Positions 33,953-45,587 of a DNA stretch of 64,000 nt are shown here, piece by piece; the stretch's first letter is position 1, and each line of letters starts with the position of its first letter. Both the position numbers and the translations under genes were made by a program. Origin of the DNA: Azolla caroliniana (taxonomy: Eukaryota > Plantae > Polypodiophyta); the NCBI GenBank assembly GCA_043228905.1, contig JBHGNT010000014.1, positions 15,500,001-15,564,000 of the forward strand, written 5' to 3'. Under the pieces are notes generated by a model, which did not search any database, was not told where the DNA came from, and saw nothing but the letters and a program-made list of their open reading frames with translations.

Positions 33953-35415
33953 CCGAAAACGGTGACGTTGGCGCCCATGTTCGGGCCGATCCCCATGTCA
34001 TGGGGCAAACTAACACCTGTTTCGGGGGGTATGGTCTCCACTGCAGGCTGCAAATCCCCTACAAGATTCTCAGCCGGTCGTTCCCGACCCGCTTCAAATA
34101 GATCCCGCGATACATTTGTGCTCCGAAGCGGTGGCACAACTTGCACCCCTCTATCTAACAGAGTCGTCGCCAAACCAGGTGTTGGTCTTCCTATCTTACC
34201 CTTTTCTTTGTCCTTGAGCTTGCCCGTCCGGATCCACGATTTCACTAATCTGAGGCCACTACCACATTCACGTTCCAACGGGAGGGGGGGCTGTGCCAAC
34301 TTCTCTTCCGGGGTGGACGGTACAAGTTGGGGTTGCATCTCCATCGGGGTGGAGAACACGAGTTCGGGCTCCCGCGGGGGAAGGCATGAGGAGTCGCACG
34401 GGGACAACATTGCTGCCAGCGCTGCTGGGTCGCCATCCCCTAACCCTTGAAGAAGTGTAAATCTGTTGGAAGCTCTCACCTGTAGGTCGGGTGCCTTGGC
34501 ACTCCCGGAGAGGATCTTTACTCGTTTCAAGGGTTGCTCGTCCACGCTTGCTGGTGACAAGGTGGCAGGACTTCTTTCAAGGGGGAGGTCATGAAAAAGG
34601 GCGGGAGAGGAGGCACCTAGGCCTCCAAGTTTCCCCTTCTTCTTAACGGGTAGCCAAGGAGCTTCTTCACCCTTGGTTGTCCCGACTTTGCCCGAGGGTC
34701 GTGGTCCCGAGCTTCCCTTTCCAATCTTACGAGGACACTCCTTAGCTAGGTGTCCTGTCTGTTTGCAAATGAAACACTGCCCCGGGAGTCCCTCAAAAAC
34801 CACTTTTACCACTGTGAGGCCTAACTCCTCAGAGTAGAGTCTAATCCTTGATGGAAGTCCATGGAGGGAAGGCACCAAGATACGCAACCTGGGCACCTCC
34901 GCGACTGTGTCTGCCATTGACGCTTTTTGAGGGCATATCATCCCTACTTGTTCGCCAAAAAGAGGGAGCAGATGGTACAAATGTGGAGGGAGGCCAGGAA
35001 ATGTTGCGGTGATCACCCTAGGGTTGTTGAGTTTCCGTAACTCTTCGATCGGGTTGAACCCTGGTGACCATGGTTGGAGCAACACCTTGCCGTACTTCAG
35101 TTCGAGTACCTTGAGCTCGACCAATGGCTGCGCCAGCGAGTCATTACCTAATTCAATGTGGAAGAAGTTTTTCCCTAAACCCATGACACTCTTGATTACC
35201 GGCATGTTCTCCAACATAGCCACCTGAAACATGTCCCGAACCATGCCCCGACTTGGTCTACCTGCCAAAAACCTACATACGAAGGAGGTACGCCGTAGGC
35301 GTTCGATTTCTTCCGCTAAGACACGGTTAGCCTCGGGGGACAGGGTAATGGCGAGATCTGATCCACCTTCTTCATCGAGCAAATTGGGCGCTGGTGGAAG
35401 CTCGATTCCTCCCAT
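33949..35415 (-). CDS. L1 ORF1 (DUF4283-like region plus CCHC zinc knuckle)
   Basis: 488-aa open frame with CFICKQTGHLAKEC; stop overlaps the ORF2 start as ATGA. Confidence 0.88.
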   Translation of the reverse strand: MGGIELPPAPNLLDEEGGSDLAITLSPEANRVLAEEIERLRRTSFVCRFLAGRPSRGMVRDMFQVAMLENMPVIKSVMGLGKNFFHIELGNDSLAQPLVELKVLELKYGKVLLQPWSPGFNPIEELRKLNNPRVITATFPGLPPHLYHLLPLFGEQVGMICPQKASMADTVAEVPRLRILVPSLHGLPSRIRLYSEELGLTVVKVVFEGLPGQCFICKQTGHLAKECPRKIGKGSSGPRPSGKVGTTKGEEAPWLPVKKKGKLGGLGASSPALFHDLPLERSPATLSPASVDEQPLKRVKILSGSAKAPDLQVRASNRFTLLQGLGDGDPAALAAMLSPCDSSCLPPREPELVFSTPMEMQPQLVPSTPEEKLAQPPLPLERECGSGLRLVKSWIRTGKLKDKEKGKIGRPTPGLATTLLDRGVQVVPPLRSTNVSRDLFEAGRERPAENLVGDLQPAVETIPPETGVSLPHDMGIGPNMGANVTVFG

Positions 35416-35550
35416 CGTAGCGAGTTATGTGTCTTGCGAGCCTAGGTTGTATGTGTTGTTCTTCCCTTCCCCCTTTGTTTTGTGTTTTTTTAATGTGTTA
35501 CTTTGCGTTTTCTGGTTGGGGGAGGGAGGGAGGATTGTGTGTGAGAGTAC

Positions 35551-35850
35551 CTGGACAGCAATTGGCGTTGTGCTCCGCCTCTTACTCTGTTGGACAGCGT
35601 GCGTGTTCCTCAGTGTGCACCTACTCCTGCTCCTGCACGCCTTTTTCTGCTGCTCCCACTCCGCGCTCTGCTGCGTTTGCTCCCGCCAACGCTCTGCTGC
35701 TTATTACCTGCAGTTCTCCAGTGTGACGGCCTGGACAGCAGTTGGTGCCTCTTGCTCTGTTGGGCAGCGCGCGCGTTCCTCAGCGTGCACCTGCTCCTGC
35801 TCCTGCACGCCATGTCTGCGCGCCTTGTTCCGCTGCGTTTGCTCCCGCCA
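35551..35850. repeat. Duplicated GC-rich monomer (about 180-bp spacing) in the L1 5' UTR
   Basis: CTGGACAGCA...GTGCACCTRCTCCTGCTCCTGCACGC...CTGCGTTTGCTCCCGCCA at 35551 and 35731. Confidence 0.8.
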
Positions 35851-37650
35851 TCGCTACCTCACTATTATCTCTAACAATGATATATAAATATATTATTATA
35901 TTATATATACATTTCATAGTACATACATTATACATATATGATATATTTATATGATAATATGTCACACATATATACTATGTATGACATGGAAAATAGAATT
36001 TTAGTATGTCATTTGACATGTATAACTTTTAGGGGCTTTTCACATGAAAATGGAAATTGAAACTTTGTATGTCACTTGACGGGCATTTTTACAAAGTGTA
36101 TGTTTTTGACGGGCAAAATGGCCTTTGACGGGCATGACACCCGTCAAATTTTGCCTTGATTCCATTTTGCAACCTCTTCAATATTTGTTTTGAAGAAAAT
36201 GGGAACCACATGAATTACATGGAACCATTTGGCCACCCCTAAGCTCTCGGTTAAACTTATCTATGAAAGATGATGCATAGATTTTCTTTATTGTAAGGCA
36301 TGGGAGGATGGTGATTTACGAAATCTTTGTGGAATTACTTAATGAAATACTTCCACTTAAATATCCTTGTTTTTCATGTGTTTCATGACATTACACATGT
36401 ATTCCTTATTCGTATAGTAACTATCATATGGTATTGAGCATTGTAATTCTTTGCAAATACAGTTGCTAATGTCTTCTCAATTATTATGTTGCCTTGAAAA
36501 ACAGTATTGCATTTTGAGTTTTATCATTTGTTTCATTTGGAGGTCAAAGAGGTGGGAGATGTAGTTGAGGTTCAACGTTAAAGAATTTTGGAGTTTGTTG
36601 AAGTACAAAGTTTATTTTGCATGCTCAATTATAAGTATATTTGGCAACAACTAAAGAATTTCATAGATGCAAGGTCCCTTGCATGTATAAACAAGAGAGC
36701 AATTGTGAGTTTGATTGGCGTCAATGGGGTCAGTCACCGTTTTTACAAGTGACTACTAATCTCTTGTAACTTTGCTACGTTGAATCTCTTTGATGACTAT
36801 CATTTAAGGTTGAGCAAGAATTGAAGATATGTCACATTGATAATGGATGGTGGGAAATCTTGAGAAGTAGTTGGCATTCTAAAGTTGTAGTTCTAGAGAA
36901 GGTCTTCATTTGGAGATATGTATTGATTAAAGGTTGTCTTTGGGATTAACTATAAAGAGAAGTGGACTACCAACTTGCAATTAATGCTTTTACATTGTTC
37001 AAGTGGAAGATAGTACTTGAGATATGGGAGAACTTTCTAACACTAGTCCACGACCAGTATGACAACGTGCAGGGTTCACCAGAGACTGTGAACAAGAAAA
37101 GAAGAAGTTTCTTCACTTATGGAAAAAGTTACCCTTGTTTACAGTGTCAACTCAAGGGTCTCAATGGAACTATCAACTTCTATGGACCTGTTCTTGAATA
37201 CCAGTGAATCATGGCAGTGCAACAACAAATTCCAACACCTTTTACAAAGTCCTATCTTTGGTCTTACGATTACTGTACATCATTGTACATGAAAAATTGT
37301 AAGCTTTTGGGCAGACAAGCTCAAGTTGTAGCATTCAAATGTTTTTTCTTAATACTACTAAAGAAAATCCTTGAGGGAAAAAAAGGAATAAAAAAAAGTG
37401 GAAGATAGTACTCATCATTTCATACAATATGTGATTGCTCATAGATATGGGGTTACATTTCTAAGATTTGACAATTTTATTATGTTCTTATTTGACATCA
37501 AGATAGTGGGCGTTTACCCAATTCACACTAATTGACCTAAAATGAGAGGTGGATATCATTTTCCTATTTTTGAGCATGTCGAAATCCACTCGGTTGTGAT
37601 ATCACTATAGTGCTTTTCACACACAATTTTTAATATAATTGTGTCTTTTC

Positions 37651-37651
<1 letters not shown>

Positions 37652-37688
<37 letters not shown>
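37652..37688. repeat. (CA)n microsatellite
   Basis: Uninterrupted AC run. Confidence 0.9.
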
Positions 37689-37689
<1 letters not shown>

Positions 37690-39719
37690 GATAACATATT
37701 CCTACCTAGTTCCTAAAGAATAATAGAGTTATCGTAGCATAACATGATTTGAGCAATACATTATAGTGCGGAAAACTTTATGTTCAAGCTCAACAAGTTT
37801 AACAACAATAAATTTGGGCTAAATAAAACACAGATATTGCATGACATTGGAATCAAATTATAGCTAGCTAGACATCCACTTACCTTTTCTGAGCAAGATG
37901 TGCTAGAGTTTGTATATTCTTAGATCAAGTGAGGTTTTGCACATTTTTAGATGTACAATAGTCTAAATTTGGCTTTATATTGTTCATTAGAGAGGGATGG
38001 GGGGAATAAGAGGATGAATTATATGTTGCATATCATCATCTACAAACCAAGCATAGAAACTTCATTGTACAATCCTTATTAATAGGCAAGCGTAGCCCCA
38101 CATATTGGCTCACGTGATTCTAAATCTCCACCTTGCCTATACCTTGCAACCTTCCTAACTCAAGATATCAATGCATAACACGTGTTGTCCTAGAACAAGC
38201 CCTTCATTATTCATCATTCAAGTCACACATTCATTCCTTCATTATGTTAACCACCTAGCCCTACAAGCATTGAAAAATTACGATGTTATGCACCATGTTA
38301 TAAATAGCACCACCATATTCCTTGCGCATCATTGGTTTACTATGTCTAAATATGCTTTATGCATTGCACAAAACTAGTTATCTAATGTCTTTGTGGCATC
38401 TTCAACCATGATCCAAGTAGTGCACTGAGAAGTTATTCAACTAGTAGATGTATCGCTTTGCAAGACCGGCATTAAGAATGGCGACATTTAAAATGTGCTT
38501 TTTGAAATGCAAATATATTGCACAAGAATTCATACATGCAATACATATCCAGAGTATAATCTAAAAAGGATACCTAAACATAATCTAAAATGGTTTATAA
38601 TCTAAGAATAAACACTACACAGCTTAAGGATTGTGCCACCTTATACTTTAGTAAAAACATACACAACTTACAGATTGTGCCACCTTATACCTTAGTAAAA
38701 ATATATGAGGGTGTTTAAGACCAATGCATATGATTCATGAAGTCATATAGTTGTGAGAAATCCCTTGTGAAAAAAGAACAAGTAAAATGAAGTAAAAAAG
38801 AACAAACACAACTATTTATGATAGGATTTGAATATTTGCATTGTTGATAGGGCTTTAAACTTCTCTAAATTAAGCCTTTAACATACTAAAAAGCTACATC
38901 AATTAAGTATCAGAGTCCTAACCAATTCATGACCATGACCATGAGAAAATTTATGTTCATACATGACCATTTTAAACAACCCTTGGTGATGATATTTCCT
39001 CCACTTGTCATATTATGCATTTCTTAAAATGCTCAAGTGAAGGGTAAAGGAAGCACATGCATGGATAAGTGATATGTTTAATCATGCATTGCAACATGGC
39101 ATGTCATATGATTGGACTACAAATTGGATCAAACCTTTATATAAAGGTGGAGATGGAAATAATGTAGTTAACTATCGAACCATCATGGTTGGCTCGCTAT
39201 ATGCGGATGTAGTACCTTTTACAAATACTTCAAGAGATGTACAAAAGCTTATGAAGGCATTGCAAAAATTGTGCATGAATACTAAATTAAGCTTCAACAA
39301 CTCTAAAACAAAGATTATGCTTGTGATGAGCCAAAAAAAGAAAGATAAACCATGCATTATGTACAATAATGAGCCGCTTGAATGTATGGAAAGCTTCAAA
39401 TATCTTGGTCTTGAAGTTCTTTTTAAATCATAGATGGAATGAATGTGCTACACACCGCTATCGCGAAGTTTCACACGTGTGTTACTTGGGCGGGACCATG
39501 GGGGTCTTGGACTAGGGAGTACTAAAGGGATAGAGAAGACCCGAGGTTTGCTTTACGACAATACTACTTCCCAACCCCTTCTCGAGCAAGGGCTCGTTGC
39601 CCCTTTTTGTGAGGCTGGTGACTTTCGTTGATCACGACTCGTCGATTTTTCGAGATCACCGCACAAGCCAAGTGATCAAATGGGTACAAACAAAGATGAG
39701 CACGCAAGATGAATGCACA

Positions 39720-41290
39720 AGGGGACGATAACACAAACATGAATGCCCATAAGTCTTTATGAGGAGGAGAGGTGCATGGGCACGCTCGAACGCTCCCTTC
39801 TCACAAGATGTTGAACGTACAAGGAAGACACAAAACACACGCACAAATGCTCGTACGCCTTTATGAGGAGGAGAGGTGCATGGGCAAGCCTGAATGCTCC
39901 CTCATCACAAGATGATCGAACATACAAGGAAGACACAAACACACGCACAAATGCTCGTACATCTTTATGAGGAGGAGAGGAGCATGGGCACACCCGAATG
40001 CTCCCTTCTCACAAGATGTTGAATGTACAAGGAAGACACAAACACATGCACAAATGCTTGTACGTCTTTATGAGGAGGAGAGGTGCATGGGCACGCCCGA
40101 AATACTCCCTTGTCACAAGACGACCGAACGTACAAGGAAGACATAAACACACACACACAATGCTCATATGCCTTTATGAGGAGGAGAGGTGCATGGGCAA
40201 GCCCGAACGCTCCCTCGTCACAAGACGACCGAACGTACAAGGAAGACACAAACACACGCACAAAATGCTCGTACGCCTTTATGAGGAGGAGAGGTGCATG
40301 GGCACGCTCGAACGCTCCCTTCTCACAAGATGTCGAACATACAAGGAAGACACAAAACACACGCACAAATGCTCGTACGCCTTTATGAGGAGGAGAGGTG
40401 GATGGGCAAGCCTGAATGCTCCCTCGTCACAAGACGATCGAACATACAAGGAAGACACAAACACACGCACAAATGCTCGTACATCTTTATGAGGAGGAGA
40501 GGTGCATGGGCACACCCGAACGCTCCCTTCTCACAAGATGTTGAATGTACAAGGAAGACACAAACACACACACAAATGCTTGTACGTCTTTATGAGGAGG
40601 AGAGGTGCATGGGCACGCCCGAAATACTCCCTTGTCACAAGACGACCGAACGTACAAGGAAGACATAAACACACACACACAATGCTCGTATGCCTTTATG
40701 AGGAGGAGAGGTGCATGGGCAAGCCCGAACGCTCCCTCGTCACAAGATGACCGAACGTACAAGGAAGACACAAACACACGCACAAATGCTCGTACGCCTT
40801 TATGAGGAGAGGTGCATGGGCACGCCCGAAATGCTCCCTCGTCACAAGAAGACCGAACGTACAAGGAAGACACAAACACACGCACAAAATGCTCGTACGC
40901 CTTTATGAGGAGGAGAGGTGCATGGGCACACCTGAAACGCTCCCTCGTCACAAGATGTCGAACGTACAAGGAAGACACAAAACACACGCACAAATGCTCG
41001 TACGCCTTTATGAGGAGGAGAGGTGCATGGGCAAGCCTGAATGCTCCCTCGTCACAAGACGATCGAACATACAAGGAAGACACAAACACACGCACAAAAT
41101 GCTCGTACGCCTTTATGAGGAGGAGAGGTGCATGGGCACGCCCAAAACGCTCCCTCGTCACAAGACAACCGAACGTACAAGGAAGACACAAACACACGCA
41201 CAAATGCTCGTACGCCTTTATGAGGAGGAGAGGTGCATGGGCACACCTGAAACGCTCCCTCGTCACAAGACGGCCGAACATACAAGTGGA
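39720..41290. repeat. Tandem repeat of about 104 bp (about 15 copies) with a 522-bp 5-mer higher-order unit, inside the Gypsy LTR
   Basis: TTTATGAGGAGGAGAGGTGCATGGGCA recurs about every 104 bp from 39756; variant pattern repeats at +522. Confidence 0.92.
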
Positions 41291-41854
41291 CGAGAACAAA
41301 GAAAGAAAGAAAGAAAGAAAGAAAGAAAAACACGAATGATATTGGCCAAAGAAATAAATACGTGTTCGATTCTAACGCAAGAGGACCCTTTATAAAATAG
41401 GGTTTGATTACAATGTGGCAACTTCTAGTTAACCACAGATCAACAAAACATAAATACTAAATGCCCTTAGAGATGAGCAAATCCGAACACGATGAAGACG
41501 AACACACAAGCACCACAAAAATGCCAACCCCAACGAACCATGACCACCCGAACGGCGAGCACATGGGCTCGCAACGATGAACGGGGCTTGCAACGTCGAA
41601 CCAACGAAGCTCGGGCTCACGAGCACTTCGAGTGCCAACTCGAAGAAGACGAGCACGTGGCGATGAGGGGATGAAGAGAAGTGGTGAAGAAGAAGATGAA
41701 GAGCTCCGAAGGAAAAATGGCGATGTCTCTTCCTCCCAAAACGTCCTCCAAAATGAGACCCCCTCGACCTCCTTTTATGGGAAAAAAAGAAAGGGGGTCG
41801 CCAATTTTGTTTTCAATGAAAAAGGAAAATTCCTTAAATCACATTGCATTGTAA

Positions 41855-41920
41855 GATTGGATTTGAACCAATTACCTCTAGCTAGAAGTCAATGTGACTA
41901 TCCTCTAGCCAATTAACTCT
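41855..41920 (-). promoter_or_regulatory. tRNA-derived module (tRNA-Arg(TCT)-like) in the Gypsy LTR
   Basis: Minus strand TGGCTAGAGGATAGTCA...TGACTTCTA...GAGGTA-ATTGG-TTCAAAT-CCAAT: perfect T-stem and B box. Confidence 0.6.
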
Positions 41921-42299
41921 CTCTCATATTACATATAATTCTATATCTACAAATTCATAGCATGTCTCCCCTCTACTTTTTATCTCTCCTCTCTCTTACT
42001 TTTTACACGAGCTTCTATACCTCCTTTCCACCCTTTCTTTTCCCTTTTCTTTTGCATGTGCACCATTAATTGCCTTTGTGTGCACACACATTGCACATGC
42101 ACATTTTGACCCCCCCTTTCGCCAGTTTTTCCCACTCTCGAGCGCGCCACATCACGACATCCACCCCCACCAAACCGCACATCCTCTGGTATGTACCAAG
42201 AATGGCGGGTTGAGGGTGGTCAATAGTTCATTTCCTCCTCCTCATTGACCTCGTGGCTTGTTGTTTGCTCGCTTTATCTTCGTCAAGGTCATCGAGGTT

Positions 42300-43270
42300 T
42301 GGCTCCCTGTCGTGGCATTATCATTTGCACTCGTTACCACATACGACCCGAACCATCGCTTTGTGAATTTCCGCATTGAGCTATGTTGATTGTCGAGACT
42401 GCTTCATACACAATCACCTAGTCTCCTTCTTTGATTTTCTGAGGGCATAGTCAGTGTGTCTTGTTGAACTGGGCTTTGTTACTTAGCCTAGCTGCTTCTA
42501 ACCTCTTCTTTTGCCAACTCCAAGTCTTTGGGTCTTCTCTCAAGTTGCCTTATCCTTGTTGCTAGAAGCTCTTCTTGACTCATCTCGTTTTCCCACGGCA
42601 TCGCTACCCATGACGTGATCGTGTCTTCAATGGGCATGACTGGCTTTTGTCCGTACATGAGTTCAGTTGGCATGAAACTTGTAATTGAGCTATGAGTTGT
42701 TCTGTCGGCCCACAAGGCATAAGGTAATAACCGAGCCCAGTTCCTAACTTGCCTATCACAAGCTCTTACATGGTTTTTACAATAGGCTCGTGTTCGCGTT
42801 CTATCTTTCCATTAGCCTCTGGGTTATCGACGGTCGTTAGAGAGAGAGCTTCATTCCAAGTCGTTCAAAGAGCTCTATAGCTTCGTGAGCGTTCAACTCT
42901 CCTATGTCGGCCACTATCTTTCCCACACATCTGTACTGGCAAATGACATCCTCAAGTAAGAATTTACACACCCCCATCGTCGTTTTGTTTGCTAAGGCTT
43001 GCCCTTCTACCTGGTTTGTTAGGTCTTCTCTTGCTAGCACCAAATATTTCTTTTGGCCCACTCCCATCGGCATCGAAACCAAATCTACCATCCATTTGAA
43101 GTGTATGGTGAGTGGGTAGGTCGGGTGCAACTCTTCCCTATGGCGTATGTTTGAGTGTATCTGGCAGCTTTCACACGTCCCCACGAAATGGGCGACATCC
43201 TTGTACATTCCCGGCCACCAATACTTCTCCTTTAACTTCTCGAATGTTGCCCACGTTCCTCTATGGCCCG
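42300..43270 (-). pseudogene. Gypsy integrase fragment
   Basis: ELHPTY..HFKWMVDL..YLVLAREDLTNQVEG, WADRTTHS and WFGSY, closely similar to the array pol; frameshifts and stops. Confidence 0.9.
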
Positions 43271-45587
43271 CACACTAGTCCACTAGTCCACTAACCACTA
43301 GTCCATTAACTCTCTCTTATATAATATATAATTCTATCTCTAGAAATTCATAGCCTGTCTCCCTTCTACTTTTTATCTCTCCTCTCTCTTACTTTTTACA
43401 CGAGCTTCTATACCTCTCCACCCTTTCTTTTGCATGTGCACAATTAATTGCCTTTGTGTCCACACATTGCACATGCACATTTTGACCCATCCTTTTGCCG
43501 GTTTTTCCCACTCTCGAGCACGCCACATCACGACACCGCTTAGAGGCGGGAATGAGAGCATATTATGCATTTGAGAACACATGTAATCATGGATATATTG
43601 AGTGTTGGGTCCTCAAGAAATACCTTTTCGACACTTTGGTGAAACCAATGCTTCTTTATGGGGTGGAAGTATGGGGTGGTAGGATCCCTAAATCCATTTA
43701 GAAAGAGTTTGAAAATATCCAAAAACATTTTATTATAAAGTTTCTACAAGTTAAGAAACAAACGCCATACACCCTCTTTCTCCTCAAGACGAGATCACTT
43801 CCCATTGAGATCATGGGAATACATGCTTAAGGTTCAAAGAAGCCCCTCACATCGACTTTCTAGAATCATTGTCATGGGTAGCAACCAAAAAGATCCAAAA
43901 GACGCATAAAAGGTTGGACGCAAGATATGGAAAAATGGTTTGGTAGATAGGATGCAATATACTTGCGTCATGATGTATCACAAGATTCCTTTGTAGAGGC
44001 CTTTTTGGAATGCCAATGTATCATGACATGGGACAAATGTGGAGGCACACGCTTCACAAATTATATTATACATGTTGCACAACTATAAGACCATATTTTT
44101 TGTGGAATACGAAAACCGTACACATCAATACATGTTAGAGTGCATCCTATTGTCTACCATTCGAACCATTGCTTCCATGCAACTTAGCTCACATGCATTG
44201 CAATGTGAGACAAGGCATTGGTGAACAATTGATGAGAGTGGTTGACTATTCACACTTAGCCCAAAACAAGTTCAAATGCCTGAGTATCACATTAAAATAC
44301 AATGTTTTGCCTTTAATCATATTTGACCATGCTTTCCACACATCTTTAGCAAAGCCCAATCCTTGCACACATTTCTCTCACAACCACAATGTGTAACCTC
44401 AATTGTAACATTCATTGGTGAAGTTCTTAAACATAAAGAGTCACTATTCACTTTCATATGTATTACGAGAAATGTAATAGTTTTGGTCTAATAAGTCATA
44501 TTTGATCTCTAGGGACAATAATAAAATCTATCTACCTATTTCTTAACATAAGTAGTTTAAAATATAATTTGTCATAACTAACAAGACAATAAGACACTTC
44601 AACAATGAGATTATGAAGTTTCTCCACCAAATCAAAGATATACTTATTAGTATTAACAAGACACAAATCCTAAACTTGTTGCTAAGTTTTCCTAGTGTTT
44701 TAAAGTGACTTGCAAATTGTTGTATATATACATTGTGGTTAACACGAAAAATAAGGTTCAGAATTCCAAGGAAAACTCTCAATAGCATGTACATACTTTA
44801 TAATCAGCAAAAATTCCATAAAAGCAAAATCATATTTAGTCAAAAATTTCCACAATAAAGCATTCTTGAGTGAAACACATGATATAGATGGTCATCCACA
44901 TATGTGAATTATAGCTTTTGATGTCTAAACATTTCCTTGGTGGTCCTAGGTATTTATGATGAGATATATCTGGCTTATTCTATTAGTTTACATTTTTCTG
45001 TTTTTAGTTTACCTAAAGTGTACATCTTTATCAGAGTGAAGGCTGTAAGAACCCCATCAAAAATATAAGATCAAGATGTTATTTTTGACTTGCTGTTTTG
45101 CTACTAGCAGAGGTTAACTCGTATAGAGTTGTCAGTGCTTCAGATACATTCCTCGATATGCGATCGTGTATCGGCTCCTAAAAGAAAGAAAAGGCAAAGA
45201 AATGCAGAAGTCAGCATCTAGATATAGGAAAGGATTGATTTAGCAATGCATGTTGAAAAATCAAAACCAACAGAACCTTTGTCTCATGAAATTCAAGCTT
45301 TTTTCCTGTAATGGTGTCATGCAACAATATATATCTGCATCAAAGCTCCATAGGTAAATATACATACCTTGCAGAGAAACATTACCATTATCTAACAGAA
45401 AAACATGTGTACTACAAGATTGTACAATTAATCCTAGGTTCTTTTGTCTACAAAATTATCATCAGTATAATGCCTCCAGTGCAATTGAATGTGATAAAAA
45501 CTCGCCAAGCTTGTTGATGTTTGCTAGTATTACAAACTAGTAACCAAGTGACTGAAGGAGTTTCCTGGATGTATGGATCAATGCACC

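Larger units (their letters stand above)
6933..35881 (-). mobile_element. Full-length L1-clade LINE interrupted by a Copia element
   Basis: 5' UTR, ORF1, ORF2 (APE endonuclease, RT with YADD, C-terminal CxxC zinc finger) and 3' UTR ending in A/(TA)n; candidate TSD ATATAAATATAT (6921-6932, 35882-35893; low complexity). Confidence 0.92.
5506..36158. mobile_element. Non-autonomous hAT-type MITE (about 0.75 kb of own sequence) inflated to 30.6 kb by nested insertions
   Basis: Imperfect TIRs CAGGGCCTAAATTTGACGGGT / ACCCGTCAAATTTTGCCTTG; perfect 8-bp TSD ATTCCATT (5498-5505, 36159-36166); TTGACGGGC and TGTCATTTGACA subterminal motifs at both ends. Confidence 0.85.
39459..43535 (-). mobile_element. 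Internally deleted Gypsy (same lineage as the array pol): 5' LTR stub 43285-43535, integrase relic, PPT, 2.7-kb 3' LTR 39459-42159
   Basis: TGTCGTGATG LTR starts at 43535 and 42159; PPT GGTGGGGGTGGA 42160-42171; 4-bp TSD CCGC (39455-39458, 43536-43539). Confidence 0.85.
39020..44540 (+). mobile_element. Decayed 5'-truncated RTE/RTE-X-like LINE split by a Gypsy insertion (parts about 39020-39458 and 43536-44540)
   Basis: WIKPLYKGGD..NYRTIM, LYAD, SKTKIM, FKYLG, then LFDTLVKPMLLYGVEVWG and LSSHALQCET; ends in TCTA-like repeats. Confidence 0.8.

Noticed and set aside
35231-35965. Cys-rich 218-aa and neighbouring ORFs
   Set aside because: Antisense to the L1 ORF1 and repetitive 5' UTR; no independent support
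39720-41395. CRISPR-like array, or repeat-protein ORFs up to 270 aa
   Set aside because: The whole monomer repeats with no unique spacers, there are no cas genes and the context is eukaryotic; the ORFs arise from the repeat
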